From positions 1 to 56,822 of IMG/VR virus record IMGVR_UViG_3300002307_000005: a stretch of 56,822 bases of DNA, one strand, 5' to 3'. Below the pieces are notes generated by a model. The model ran no database searches, was not told the origin of the DNA, and was given only the letters and a program-made list of their open reading frames with translations. Source of the DNA: a virus (taxonomy: Duplodnaviria; Caudoviricetes). Position 1 is the stretch's first letter. Each line of letters opens with the position of its first letter. This document shows, piece by piece, positions 35,732 through 46,206 of this stretch. Position numbers and translations under genes: made by a program.

Positions 35732-36057
35732 TCCACTTCACCAAAATGGCTGGTTTCGTTCAAGTCGGCCTGAACTTTTATCGCGCCCCCGGTGGGTTTG
35801 TGGCCATCTGGGCTTGGTGCGACGCCAAGAACTACCGCATGACCCATCGCCGCATTCGTCTGCGCCTGCATATGTGGCCATTCATCCTGACCAGCCGTGA
35901 AAGTTACTTCGTGGTCGAGCGCTGGCTGGATCGCAACTTTTACGTGGCAGTGCCGCGCACTGTGGCCGAGGACGAGGGCAAACACTTTGAGGTGCTGGCC
36001 GCAGCCTTCAAGCGTGAGGGATTCCCCTCCAGCTTGAACGGGAAGACCCTGTCATGA
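35728..36057 (+). CDS. Hypothetical protein between terS and terL
   Basis: ATGA overlaps at both ends. Confidence 0.55.
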   Translation: MIHFTKMAGFVQVGLNFYRAPGGFVAIWAWCDAKNYRMTHRRIRLRLHMWPFILTSRESYFVVERWLDRNFYVAVPRTVAEDEGKHFEVLAAAFKREGFPSSLNGKTLS

Positions 36058-37490
36058 GCGTTGCCCTCGACATCCTTCAGGATGAAGAGACCCAGAAGGA
36101 ATACAGCGCCCTGTCGGTCTATCAGCAGGCTGCATTCAACTGGCAGTTCAAGTGGCTGCAGGAGCAAGCCCTCAAGCACCAGATCGAACCACCGGGCGAG
36201 TGGTGGAGCATCTGGCTCATGCTGGCTGGCCGTGGAGCCGGGAAGACCCGTGCAGCCGCTGAGACGCTGGCATCATGGGCATGGGAGACGCCCAACACTC
36301 GGTGGCTGGTGTCCGCCCCCACGTCCGGTGACTTGAAGAGCACATGCTTTGAGGGTGAATCCGGCCTGCTGAAGGTGATCCCGCCCATTCTGGTGGCCAA
36401 GTACAACTCCAGCCTGCACGAAATCACGCTGGTCAATGGCTCCCTGATCAAGGGCATCCCGGCATCCGAGCCTGAGCGCTTCCGGGGGCCGCAGTTCCAT
36501 GGTGGATGGCTGGACGAGTTGGCCGCATGGGAATACCTGCGCGAGGCGTGGGACATGATCATGTTCGGCATCCGTCTGGGCAACCGCACCAAGCTGATCG
36601 CGTCGACCACGCCCAAGCCAAAAGAGGTGGTGATGGAGTTGATCGACCGCGAAGGCGACGACGTGGTGATCACCCGCGCCAGCACGTACAGCAACATCAA
36701 GAACCTTGCGCCATCCTTCCAGAAGCAAATCCTGCAGTACGAGGGCACCAACCTTGGACGGCAGGAGATTCACGCTGAAATCATCGACCCAGAAGAGGGC
36801 GGCATTGTCCGGCGTGACTGGTTCCGCCTGTGGCCAGCCAACAAGCCGTTCCCCAAGTTCGAGTACATCATCCAGTCCTACGACTGCGGGTACAAGGATG
36901 GCGCTGCCAACGACCCGACAGGCTGCATCACGCTGGGCGCATTCAAGCCACTGGACGGCGGCATGTGCGTGATGGTCATCGACTGCTGGCAGGAGAAGCT
37001 GCAGTACCCCGACCTACGCCCCAAGATCATCGACGAGTACGAGACGGTGTACGGTGAGGGCAAGGAGAAGAAGCGGGTCGACCTGCTGCTGGTGGAGGAC
37101 AAGGCCGCTGGCATCAGCCTGATCCAAGACTTGCAGCGTGCCCACCTGCCAGTGATCGGCTACAACCCGGGCAGGGCCGACAAGACCCAGCGCCTGAGCA
37201 TCGTGGCCAACGTCATCCGTGCCGGGCGCGTCTGGGTGCCTGAGAGCAGCCAGCGCAAGGGCTTTGTCCGTGATTGGGCCGAGGGCATGGTCAGCCAAAT
37301 ATGCTCCTTCCCCGAGACCGTGCATGACGAGTTCGTTGACTGCATCAGCCAAGGCCTGCGCTACATGCGTGACGCTGGGTGGATCAGCATTGACGCCCCG
37401 CCACGGGAAGACTACGACGACGACGACATCTATGATGCCGACGAGTACAACCAACGGGCACGGTCGATGGCCAACCCGTACTCTGCATAA
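36054..37490 (+). CDS. terL: Terminase large subunit
   Basis: AGRGAGKT, FRGPQF..WLDE, STTPKP, GRQEI, C-terminal HDEFVD nuclease motif. Confidence 0.95.
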   Translation: MSVALDILQDEETQKEYSALSVYQQAAFNWQFKWLQEQALKHQIEPPGEWWSIWLMLAGRGAGKTRAAAETLASWAWETPNTRWLVSAPTSGDLKSTCFEGESGLLKVIPPILVAKYNSSLHEITLVNGSLIKGIPASEPERFRGPQFHGGWLDELAAWEYLREAWDMIMFGIRLGNRTKLIASTTPKPKEVVMELIDREGDDVVITRASTYSNIKNLAPSFQKQILQYEGTNLGRQEIHAEIIDPEEGGIVRRDWFRLWPANKPFPKFEYIIQSYDCGYKDGAANDPTGCITLGAFKPLDGGMCVMVIDCWQEKLQYPDLRPKIIDEYETVYGEGKEKKRVDLLLVEDKAAGISLIQDLQRAHLPVIGYNPGRADKTQRLSIVANVIRAGRVWVPESSQRKGFVRDWAEGMVSQICSFPETVHDEFVDCISQGLRYMRDAGWISIDAPPREDYDDDDIYDADEYNQRARSMANPYSA

Positions 37491-37519
37491 CTGAAGTGAG
37501 ACTTCAAAACAGCATGAAA

Positions 37520-37536
37520 GTGGAGTCCGACTCCAC
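37520..37536. repeat. 17-bp palindrome copy 6
   Basis: Intergenic after terL; flanks TGAAA/TTTCA extend the symmetry with one bulge. Confidence 0.95.
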
Positions 37537-37553
37537 CTTTCACCAACCTTACA

Positions 37554-37570
37554 GTGGAGTCCGACTCCAC
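37554..37570. repeat. 17-bp palindrome copy 7
   Basis: Starts 34 bp after copy 6. Confidence 0.95.
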
Positions 37571-37587
37571 CTGACTGGAACCTGACC

Positions 37588-37797
37588 ATGAGACAGTTTG
37601 ACAACGAAGACCTGACAGCCGAGTACAACCGTGGGCTGGCCGAGGGCCGCAAGCAAGGCCTGCAGATGGCCATTGACGCCTGCACAGCACTGGAGCGACT
37701 GAAGTGGGAACTGGCCCACAAGACGTTGTCAGAAGGCGGCACCATGGCCACGGTCGGCCCACTGGAGTGCATCGCAGCAATTAAGAGGCTGGCATGA
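37588..37797 (+). CDS. Hypothetical protein
   Basis: 69-aa ORF. Confidence 0.5.
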   Translation: MRQFDNEDLTAEYNRGLAEGRKQGLQMAIDACTALERLKWELAHKTLSEGGTMATVGPLECIAAIKRLA

Positions 37798-38006
37798 GCT
37801 ACGGTTGCCACAACAGGCGCGAGTACAAGGCCAAGGTGCTGGTGCAGGATGGCTGGTGGATGGATGGCCAGAGCCGCACAGCCAAGATGGTGGCGGTACC
37901 ATTTCCCATGACACGGGATTGTCAGTACACGAAGTCCGACCTTGGCCAAGCGGATGCCCGATGCAGTGGCTGCAGGCATAGACTTGACACAGCCCAAAAG
38001 GTATGA
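37794..38006 (+). CDS. Small Cys-rich protein
   Basis: YGCHNR...DCQY...CSGC. Confidence 0.6.
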   Translation: MSYGCHNRREYKAKVLVQDGWWMDGQSRTAKMVAVPFPMTRDCQYTKSDLGQADARCSGCRHRLDTAQKV

Positions 38007-38034
38007 TCGGGGCAACATTCCCTTGAGGGCACCC

Positions 38035-41000
38035 ATGGCTTCACCCAAACAACCCAACGTCGAGCAAATGCTTGAAGAACTGCGCCAGAAAGCAGTTGGC
38101 CCACGGGAGCCACTGACGCCGATTGACACGGCCAAGCGCAACCTGCAAGGCATCTACGAGGGTGTGAGCGCCATTCCCGGCAACATCAAGCGCATGGTGC
38201 AAGACCCGGTGGCCTACGCCAAGAGCATTCCCGCGCCGACTGGCGACCAGATCATGAACGCGATTGGCCCCGGCAACGTGGGTATGGCTGGCATCATGAT
38301 TGGCCCCAAGGCCAAGACGTGGCACGCAGGACGCGCACAGATGGCCGAAGCCATGGAGACGGCTGGCCGCACACCCGAGGAGATTTGGTATTCCACTGGC
38401 ACCTACCGTGGCCCCGAAGGAAAATGGCGACAGGAAATTGATGACAGCAAGGCTGTGCATCGCCATGGCTACGAAATCAAGCAGAAGGCCCAACAATTGC
38501 AAGACCAACAGGCCATGCTTAAAGTCGCCGCAAAAGAGTCGCTGGCTCACGGCAAAGAAGTGGTGTCCGACCTGTTCCCCAAAGAAGCCATTGCCGCACG
38601 CAAAGCAGTCAAGCAGCAGGTCAGCAACATCGACGACGAGTTGGGCGGTTATTTTGGTTTGAAGCAAGACCCACAGACCCGTGGCAACCTGCTGAAACAC
38701 GGATACGAGCATCCAGAGTTGTACGCCGCTTACCCTGAGTTGGCCAATTACGTGCTGACCCAAGGTAGGCGAGGTGACCCCGGCACGCTTGGATCGCTGC
38801 ACGGAAATGATGTGCAGTTGTATCAAGAGGGTGTCGCTCAAAAGAACCCCGGAAGCACCATTGCACACGAGTTGCAGCACGCCATTCAAGATATTGAGCG
38901 AACACCCCGAGGCGGCAACGTATACGAGTTCATGAGGGCACGTCAAGACGCCAACGAGGCCATAAAAGGCCACAATGACGCTTTGTCGTACATTGCAAAA
39001 CGCATGGATGAAGCATCAGACCCAGCCGTTCAAAGGGACTTGAAGGCAACCTACGACGAAATGCTGGAGCGCCGCGCACGAGCCTCACATTACACCCACA
39101 TTGACCCGTACCAAGAGTACCGGAAGCTGGGTGGTGAAGCCGAGTCGCGCATGATCCAAGAGCGCCTAAACATGACGCCGGAGGAGCGTGCTCAGACATT
39201 CCCCATGGGTTCATACGACGTCAATCCAAAACAGCTTCGCCTGCTGGATCAAGGCGAGCAGATCGACATTTATAAAGCCCAAGGAGGCACCGTGACACCA
39301 TTCGATTACGAGAACCAAGAGCACGTCAGTAACGTCGCCAACATCGCAGCCAAGCACCCACACATGAGCAAGGTGCCGGACGCCGCCAAGCACCTGTCTG
39401 AAATGCTGGCCACTGGCAGCTACAAGTACATCGAAGACCCCCGCATCCAGCACGCCATCAAGCAGGCCGGGCACAGTGGCTACTTCATCAACCACAAGAG
39501 CGGCAAAGAGCGCATCGTGAAGAAGGCCGTGGGCGGTACCGTCCAGCCTTCGATTGATCAGATGCGCAATGCATTGAACGACAAGACCCGCTTTGCTGGC
39601 TTGAGCCAACTGGCATCGGTCGGCGCGAACGAGGCACCCAGCCTTGGCGTGAAGGCCTACATCCCGCCTGCAGGCCGTCCTGACAATGGCGAGATGCCCG
39701 TGGGTGGAGTCGACACCCATCAAGGCGACCTGCCCGTTGGTGGCATTGACATGAGCCAGCAGCAGCCCGGCCAGCAGATGATGCCCACACCGCCCGGCCA
39801 ACAGCCCGGCATGGATCAGGTGCCACAAGGCGACAAGACCAACATCATGGACGGCACAGGCACACCTCCCGGCCCCAACAACAACCCGCCACCCGGAATG
39901 CCCGGTGGTAGCAGCATCCTGCAGATGACACCGCAGGGTCAGGCCATGGCCGCGATGGGTGGTGGCCAGAAGCCACAAGGCTTGGCCAAGGGTGGCCAGC
40001 CAAGCAAGGCTTTGCATTACGAGCCATCCCCAGCCATGATGAAGGCGGAGATTGAAGCGCACGCCGAACGTATGGCGCGTCAAATGTCTGGTCTCGAGAA
40101 CCCCAACGAGAAGACGCTGCAGCAGTTGGCGCGTGAGCAGAATCTCCCTCTGGACATCCGCAAGGGCGGCAAAAAGCAGGACGTGCCTGTGATCGACTGG
40201 GAACAGCAAAAGGGTGCCTACTCCATTGGCGTGCCCGGTGACCCAAGTCGTGGTGGTCTGGTGCCCGTCTCACGCAACAAGAAGCGCATGGGTCTGGACA
40301 TGCCCAAGGCTGGCGAGTACCTGCACGCCATTGGCGGCGAGAAGCTGGAAAGCCCTGTGCCCACGTACGGTGGCAAGGATTACGGTGCATACGGCCACCC
40401 AGAGGGTTGGGCCAGTGACCTTGGTGCCAGCGCTGGCATGTTCAACGTGGTCAAGCGTCTGGCCGAGGAAGACCCCAGCCGCAAGATTCTGGGCCACTAC
40501 CACAAGATGTCGCCCGAATCACTGAATCATGCCGTTCACATGATGGATGCCGTGCTGTCCTATCACCAGCCGCACAAGTCCGACCCTGAGCGCATTTCGA
40601 TGCTCAATCACTTGATGCGCAACGTGAAGACCACCAACGATAAGAGTGACGTCCCCTACCCAGAGTTCCCCGGCTTTGAGAAGCCCAACGACGTGATGTT
40701 CCATGGCTCACTGAACTCCGGCATGCGCAAGAAGATCATCAATCTTCTGGGCAAGCAAAAGTATTTTCCGGGCGGCAAGCAAAAGCTGCAGGACATTCAG
40801 TACGCCATCAGTCACCCAGAACTGCGCAACATCGAGACTGGCGCTGGTGGCTCGTCCATCCTTCAGTTTGACCCAACCCGTGAGTTGCGTGGAACCGTGT
40901 CAAGCCACCCAACGTATGGGCACGACATCCCATCCAAGCTGGTGGGCCGCACCAAGTACATTGTCCCCGCCGACATCCTTGCACCACGCTCCATGCACAA

Positions 41001-41226
41001 CGCACGCAAAGAGATTGAAGCCATGGGCAAGAATGTGGTGCCATTCAATCAGGCCAAGATGAACATCATCCGCGAACCGATTGACGAGCAGTACATCAAC
41101 CAAATGGGCGAGTACGAAAATGCCATGCGCAAACGCCTTGGGTACAAAAAGGGTGGCGGGGTTAAACTTCACGCCGATCAAGACACCATGGCCCTCGAAC
41201 TGAGCCGCAAAAAGAAAGCCAAGTGA
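38035..41226 (+). CDS. Large polyvalent protein with LPD23-like / zincin HExxH domain
   Basis: WRQEIDD, HPELYAAYPEL, HELQHAIQ..E..RGGN, GEAESR. Confidence 0.65.
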   Translation: MASPKQPNVEQMLEELRQKAVGPREPLTPIDTAKRNLQGIYEGVSAIPGNIKRMVQDPVAYAKSIPAPTGDQIMNAIGPGNVGMAGIMIGPKAKTWHAGRAQMAEAMETAGRTPEEIWYSTGTYRGPEGKWRQEIDDSKAVHRHGYEIKQKAQQLQDQQAMLKVAAKESLAHGKEVVSDLFPKEAIAARKAVKQQVSNIDDELGGYFGLKQDPQTRGNLLKHGYEHPELYAAYPELANYVLTQGRRGDPGTLGSLHGNDVQLYQEGVAQKNPGSTIAHELQHAIQDIERTPRGGNVYEFMRARQDANEAIKGHNDALSYIAKRMDEASDPAVQRDLKATYDEMLERRARASHYTHIDPYQEYRKLGGEAESRMIQERLNMTPEERAQTFPMGSYDVNPKQLRLLDQGEQIDIYKAQGGTVTPFDYENQEHVSNVANIAAKHPHMSKVPDAAKHLSEMLATGSYKYIEDPRIQHAIKQAGHSGYFINHKSGKERIVKKAVGGTVQPSIDQMRNALNDKTRFAGLSQLASVGANEAPSLGVKAYIPPAGRPDNGEMPVGGVDTHQGDLPVGGIDMSQQQPGQQMMPTPPGQQPGMDQVPQGDKTNIMDGTGTPPGPNNNPPPGMPGGSSILQMTPQGQAMAAMGGGQKPQGLAKGGQPSKALHYEPSPAMMKAEIEAHAERMARQMSGLENPNEKTLQQLAREQNLPLDIRKGGKKQDVPVIDWEQQKGAYSIGVPGDPSRGGLVPVSRNKKRMGLDMPKAGEYLHAIGGEKLESPVPTYGGKDYGAYGHPEGWASDLGASAGMFNVVKRLAEEDPSRKILGHYHKMSPESLNHAVHMMDAVLSYHQPHKSDPERISMLNHLMRNVKTTNDKSDVPYPEFPGFEKPNDVMFHGSLNSGMRKKIINLLGKQKYFPGGKQKLQDIQYAISHPELRNIETGAGGSSILQFDPTRELRGTVSSHPTYGHDIPSKLVGRTKYIVPADILAPRSMHNARKEIEAMGKNVVPFNQAKMNIIREPIDEQYINQMGEYENAMRKRLGYKKGGGVKLHADQDTMALELSRKKKAK

Positions 41227-43751
41227 TGGAAGACCTCGACCCAACTCTGGAACCCCAAGTCGCAGAACAAGATGATGGCAGTGCCATTGTGGACTTGCCG
41301 GACATCGAAACGGAAGAGCAACCAGACGGCTCGGCCATCGTCACCTTGGATGAAAAAGGCCCGGAAGACAACCCTGACTTCTACGCCAACATGGCCGAGA
41401 CGCACAGCGAGTACGACCTTGGCAAGCTGGCCATGCGCTACATCGACCTCTTGGAAAAAGACAAGAACGCACGAGAGCAGCGTGACAAGCAATACGAAGA
41501 GGGCATCAAGCGCACAGGCATGGGCAACGACGCCCCCGGTGGTGCCACGTTCATGGGCGCATCCAAGGTAGTCCACCCAGCCATGGCTGAAGGCTGCGTT
41601 GACTTCGCTGCCAAGGCCATCAAGGAAATGTTCCCACCAGACGGCCCAGTCCGCACCAAGGTGCTGGGCAAGATGGACGAACTCAAGGCCGAGCGCTCCG
41701 AGCGCAAGCGTGACTACCTGAACTGGCAGATCACCGAGCAGATCGAAGAGTTTCGCGACGAGCAAGAGCAACTGTTGACCCAACTGCCGCTGGGTGGATC
41801 GCAGTACTTCAAGATTTGGTTCGACGAGCAGAAGAAGCGCCCATGCGTGGAGTTCCTGCCAATCGACCGTGTGATCCTGCCATTCGCCGCAACGAACTTC
41901 TACACGGCACAGCGTGCGGCTGAAGTCCACGAAATCACCGAGTACGAATTCAAGCGCCGTGTGGCCAGTGGCATGTACCGCGACATCGACATGATTTCGT
42001 CGACCATGGAGCCGGAGCAGACCAAGTCACAGAAGGCCAACGACAAGATCGAAGGAAAGAAGTGGGAAGACAACGAGGACGGCCTGCGCAAGGTGTACCA
42101 CGTCTACACCCACTTGGAGTTGGAGGACGACAAGTACACCAAGGGTGAAATGGCCCCATACATCCTCATGATCGACGAACTCGACAACGAGGTGGTGGGC
42201 CTGTACCGCAACTGGGAAGAGCAAGACGAGACCATGACCAAGCTGGACTGGATCGTCGAGTTCAAGTTCATCCCGTGGCGCGGTGCTTATGCCATTGGCC
42301 TGCCCCACCTGATCGGTGGCCTGAGCGCAGCCCTGACGGGTTCCCTGCGTGCTTTGCTGGACTCGGCGCACATCAACAACGCCGCCACCATGCTCAAGCT
42401 CAAGGGCGCGAAGATGTCGGGCCAGTCTCAGCAAGTGGACGTCACCCAGATCGTGGAGATTGAAGGCGCACCCGGTGTGCAGGACATCCGCCAGATCGCC
42501 ATGCCCATGCCGTTCAACCCGCCCAGCGCGGTGCTGTTCCAGCTTCTGGGCTGGCTTGATCAAGCGGCCAAGGGGGTTGTGTCCACCAGTGAAGAGAAGA
42601 TCGCTGACGTCAACGCCAACGCACCAGTGGGCACCACACAGGCTTTGATCGAACAAGGCGCTGCGGTGTTCTCGTCGATTCACGCACGCTTGCATGAGTC
42701 CCAAGCCCGTGTGCTGAAGATTCTGTGCCGCCTGAACCGTTGGCACTTCAACGAGATGCGCAAGTCGGACGTGGTGGCCGATCTGGAAATCACCCGCGAC
42801 GACTTCCTGAAGAACACCGACGTGATCCCGGTGTCCGACCCGCACATCTTCAGCGAGACGCAGCGCATGGCCCAGATGCAGGCTGTGCTGGCGCTGGCAG
42901 ACAAGCACCCCAACGAGTTCAACATGAACGCTGTGCTGTCTCGCTCACTCAAGCAGATGAAGATTCCGAACATCAACGAGTTGATGAAGGACGTACCTGC
43001 GCCGGAGCAACGCACCTCGGCAGACGAGAACGCTGCCATGCTCATTGGCCAGCCAGCCTATGCGTACATGCAGCAAGATCACATCGCTCACATTCAGGAT
43101 CACCTGCAGTTCGGCATGAACCCATTCTTGGGCCAGTCGCCATTCGCAGACCCGAACTACCTGAACAACTTGATCGAGCACCTGAAGCAGCACATGACGC
43201 TTTGGTACCTGAACCGCAGCAACGGTTACGTGGCCAAGTCCCGTGGCGGCAAGCCCGTGGACAACTACGACGATCCATTGCTCACAGGCACCATCGACCA
43301 GTTGTACACCACCGTGGGTGCCCACGTTGCACTGGACACGCAAGAGGTGTTCAAGCAGTTCGCTCCAGCCTTCCAGCAACTCATTCAGATGGCCGACAAG
43401 CGCAAGCAAGCCCAGAAGCAGATGCTGCCACCGGACGCTCAAGTGGTTCACGACACCAGCATGGCCGAGACCCAGCGCAAGGCGCAGGACGATCAGGCCC
43501 GACTGCAACTGGACGACCGCAAGCTGCAGCAAGACATGGCCAAGCACTTGGACGACAACAAGACCAAGATTGCCATCGAGAACGCCAAGCTGACGCATCA
43601 GACCATTACGGACATTGCAACAGCAGAAGTACCGCCTGCACCCGCTATCATGGGCGCAGGTCAACCCGGTATGCCACAGGGCATGCCACAACCTCAGGCA
43701 GCGCCAGCAGGCATGCCACAACCCGAAGGAGTGCCAAATGGCAACGTCTGA
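41223..43751 (+). CDS. Portal protein
   Basis: 842 aa; GASKVVHP, E.FP.DGPV, APVGTT.AL.EQG; precedes GroES/scaffold/capsid. Confidence 0.85.
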   Translation: MMEDLDPTLEPQVAEQDDGSAIVDLPDIETEEQPDGSAIVTLDEKGPEDNPDFYANMAETHSEYDLGKLAMRYIDLLEKDKNAREQRDKQYEEGIKRTGMGNDAPGGATFMGASKVVHPAMAEGCVDFAAKAIKEMFPPDGPVRTKVLGKMDELKAERSERKRDYLNWQITEQIEEFRDEQEQLLTQLPLGGSQYFKIWFDEQKKRPCVEFLPIDRVILPFAATNFYTAQRAAEVHEITEYEFKRRVASGMYRDIDMISSTMEPEQTKSQKANDKIEGKKWEDNEDGLRKVYHVYTHLELEDDKYTKGEMAPYILMIDELDNEVVGLYRNWEEQDETMTKLDWIVEFKFIPWRGAYAIGLPHLIGGLSAALTGSLRALLDSAHINNAATMLKLKGAKMSGQSQQVDVTQIVEIEGAPGVQDIRQIAMPMPFNPPSAVLFQLLGWLDQAAKGVVSTSEEKIADVNANAPVGTTQALIEQGAAVFSSIHARLHESQARVLKILCRLNRWHFNEMRKSDVVADLEITRDDFLKNTDVIPVSDPHIFSETQRMAQMQAVLALADKHPNEFNMNAVLSRSLKQMKIPNINELMKDVPAPEQRTSADENAAMLIGQPAYAYMQQDHIAHIQDHLQFGMNPFLGQSPFADPNYLNNLIEHLKQHMTLWYLNRSNGYVAKSRGGKPVDNYDDPLLTGTIDQLYTTVGAHVALDTQEVFKQFAPAFQQLIQMADKRKQAQKQMLPPDAQVVHDTSMAETQRKAQDDQARLQLDDRKLQQDMAKHLDDNKTKIAIENAKLTHQTITDIATAEVPPAPAIMGAGQPGMPQGMPQPQAAPAGMPQPEGVPNGNV

Positions 43752-43878
43752 TCAAGAACAAAAGGGCATCAACGTGCCCCAGCACAAACGTCTCGCCATG
43801 GGTGAGAAGTTGAATGGCCAAACCCAGCAGGGCAACTCCAAGCCCCAAGGCGGTCTGGCCCAAGCAAAGAAAAAATGA
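43738..43878 (+). CDS. Small hypothetical protein (46 aa)
   Basis: AAGGAG RBS; MATSDQEQKG... Confidence 0.5.
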   Translation: MATSDQEQKGINVPQHKRLAMGEKLNGQTQQGNSKPQGGLAQAKKK

Positions 43879-44054
43879 TCGCTTCGGTCATTCATGTGGC
43901 GAAATTGCGACAGGCAGAGATTGCGCACTCCCTTGCATTGGGAAACGCATTCAACTGGGAGTCGTACCAGCGCATGGTCGGGGAGCATCAAGGACTGCAG
44001 TTCGTCCTTGACTCCGTCGACAAGATGCTGGATGAAGAAAAAAACAAAGAATAA
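43875..44054 (+). CDS. Small helical protein (59 aa)
   Basis: ATGA coupling; WESYQRMVGEHQGL; precedes GroES. Confidence 0.6.
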   Translation: MIASVIHVAKLRQAEIAHSLALGNAFNWESYQRMVGEHQGLQFVLDSVDKMLDEEKNKE

Positions 44055-44126
44055 GTCCCACTCCGGGACTGAGGCCGCGCTGAAAAGCGCTTTAACGATG
44101 CACCTGCAATATGGTGTTTTAGGAGT

Positions 44127-44588
44127 ATGAGTATGAGTGAGAAAGAACCGATCCCGACCATTGACGGTACGGCTGGAGTGTCTGAGCCAACTGAGTTGGC
44201 GTGGGCCTTTCCTGACGTGAATCCGGGTCAGGCACCCTTTGGCGGGCGAGTCATCGTCCAGTTGCGCCGCATCAAAAAGAAGGCTGGCCGCATCATCATC
44301 GTCGATGAAACCAAAGAAGCCGAAAAGTGGAACAACATGATCGGCAAGGTGGTTTCGATTGGCCCGTTGGCCTTCAAAAACCGCGAAACCATGCAGTCAT
44401 GGCCAGAAGGTAGCTGGGCACAAGTTGGCGACTATGTTCGCGTCCCTCGTTGGGGCGGTGACCGTTGGGAGCGCAAGGCACCAGACACCGACGACGGGGA
44501 AGACCCCGTGCTTTTCATGACCCTGAACGACCACGAACTGATTGCGCGAGTCACCGACGACCCGCTTTCGTTCAAGGCCTATGTCTAA
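44127..44588 (+). CDS. GroES-like co-chaperonin
   Basis: PFGGRVIV, GKVVSIGP, VGDYV...WGG, LNDHELIA. Confidence 0.8.
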   Translation: MSMSEKEPIPTIDGTAGVSEPTELAWAFPDVNPGQAPFGGRVIVQLRRIKKKAGRIIIVDETKEAEKWNNMIGKVVSIGPLAFKNRETMQSWPEGSWAQVGDYVRVPRWGGDRWERKAPDTDDGEDPVLFMTLNDHELIARVTDDPLSFKAYV

Positions 44589-44600
44589 CCGGAGGATCGC

Positions 44601-45608
44601 ATGGCTACAGACGACAACAAAGACACAGAATTGAGCATTGCAGAGGGCCAAGACGGCTCCGCAGTGGTCGATTTGCCCGAGGACATGGTGTTGCCAGAGG
44701 ATGGCGACGAAAATGCCTCAAAACCCGCTGAAAAGGCCGAAAAAGCCGATGGCGGCGAGGTCGATGGCGACGAAACAGACCACCCAGACGACACGGACGC
44801 TGTCCGAGCCGCCAAACGTGCTCGTCGCCGCGCCAAAAAAGACCTGATCCGCAAGACAAACGAAGAAAAAGACGTCCGCCTGCAGCAACTGCAGCGTGAA
44901 AACGAGGAGTTCAAGCGTCGTTTGTCCAATGTTGAGCGTGAGACGCAGAACAGCCAGATCGCACGCCTCGACAAGGGTCTTGAAGACCAGAAGGTGCGTC
45001 TGGAGTACGCCAAGATGAAGATGGCCGAGGCCGTCCGCGCTGGTGACGGTGACGCCATGGTCGAAGCACAGACCATGTTCAATGAGGCTCAAAGCGCTGT
45101 GGGCCAGTTTGCCCAAGCCAAGCAGCAAGCCGAGCGCATTGCCCGTGAAGGCAACCAGCCGCAACGCGAAGTGCCCACGGTTGACCCCACCGTGCAGCGC
45201 AACGCCGCCGACTGGATGAAGCGCAACAACTGGTACAAGCCAGACACATCAGACCGTGACAGCCAGATCGCCAAGAAGGTGGACGAACTGTTGGTCACAG
45301 AAGGCTGGAACCCATCCGACCCAGATTATTGGGACGAACTGGATTCCCGCTTGCAAAGAGCATTGCCTCATCGCTACAATGAGGCATCAGGCAGTGATTC
45401 CGCTGTCAGGAAACCGAGGAACGTAGTGGGAAGTTCAGGTCGTGAGGCTTCTGCCGCATTTGGTGGTACCAATCGCACACAGTTCGTGCTTTCGCCCGAC
45501 CGGGTCAAAGCCATGAAAGAAGTGGGCGCGTGGGACAACCCTGCACGCAAGAAAGCAATGATCGACAACTTCATCAAATACGACCGCGAAAACGCTGGTC
45601 GCCGCTAA
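44601..45608 (+). CDS. Capsid scaffolding protein (putative)
   Basis: Acidic N-terminus, long coiled coil; between portal and capsid. Confidence 0.65.
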   Translation: MATDDNKDTELSIAEGQDGSAVVDLPEDMVLPEDGDENASKPAEKAEKADGGEVDGDETDHPDDTDAVRAAKRARRRAKKDLIRKTNEEKDVRLQQLQRENEEFKRRLSNVERETQNSQIARLDKGLEDQKVRLEYAKMKMAEAVRAGDGDAMVEAQTMFNEAQSAVGQFAQAKQQAERIAREGNQPQREVPTVDPTVQRNAADWMKRNNWYKPDTSDRDSQIAKKVDELLVTEGWNPSDPDYWDELDSRLQRALPHRYNEASGSDSAVRKPRNVVGSSGREASAAFGGTNRTQFVLSPDRVKAMKEVGAWDNPARKKAMIDNFIKYDRENAGRR

Positions 45609-45627
45609 TCAATACTTGGAGAATGAC

Positions 45628-46206
45628 ATGGAATCCCCGTACACACTCTACCTTGCGACCAACGCAGTCAATGGGAAGCAGTATGTGGGGCTATCCAAAG
45701 AATTTCACAAGCGTTTGGTTCATCACAAGTGCGCACGCTCAAATTCCGCTTTCCATCAAGCAATTCGTGAATATGGTTTTGACAATTTTGTCTTTTCACA
45801 TATTGCGGATGCGTTTGACCTTCAAGCGGCTTGCGATCTGGAGCGCATGTTGATTCAACAACACAACACGCTGACCCCAAATGGGTACAACTTGACCGTA
45901 GGTGGACAAGTTGGGCCACTGGGACTCAAACACACCGCAGAAGCCAAGAAAAAAATTGGCCAAGCGAACATCAACAGACCCGCAGAAGTGCAGGCCAAAT
46001 TCATCTTGGCGCAAAAGGGAAAAATTCGTTCCCAAGAGTTCAAGGACAATTTGTCCAAGCAGTTCACTGGGCGCAAACACACGCCAGAAGCAATTGCCAA
46101 AATCAAGGCCAGTTGGGAAAAACGCAAAGCGGCCAAGATGATTGCTTCTACAATGCTAAACAATTTCACAAATAAGGAGCACTCTCATGACCGAGAGTCG
46201 TCTTAA
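45628..46206 (+). CDS. GIY-YIG homing endonuclease with NUMOD3 repeats
   Basis: TLY.ATN.VNGKQYVG, R...H, PNGYN, HTAEAKKKI, HTPEAIAKI. Confidence 0.85.
   Translation: MESPYTLYLATNAVNGKQYVGLSKEFHKRLVHHKCARSNSAFHQAIREYGFDNFVFSHIADAFDLQAACDLERMLIQQHNTLTPNGYNLTVGGQVGPLGLKHTAEAKKKIGQANINRPAEVQAKFILAQKGKIRSQEFKDNLSKQFTGRKHTPEAIAKIKASWEKRKAAKMIASTMLNNFTNKEHSHDRESS

Noticed and set aside
45609-46206. Group I intron around the GIY-YIG genes
   Set aside because: Flanking genes look complete and there is no non-coding room for an intron core.
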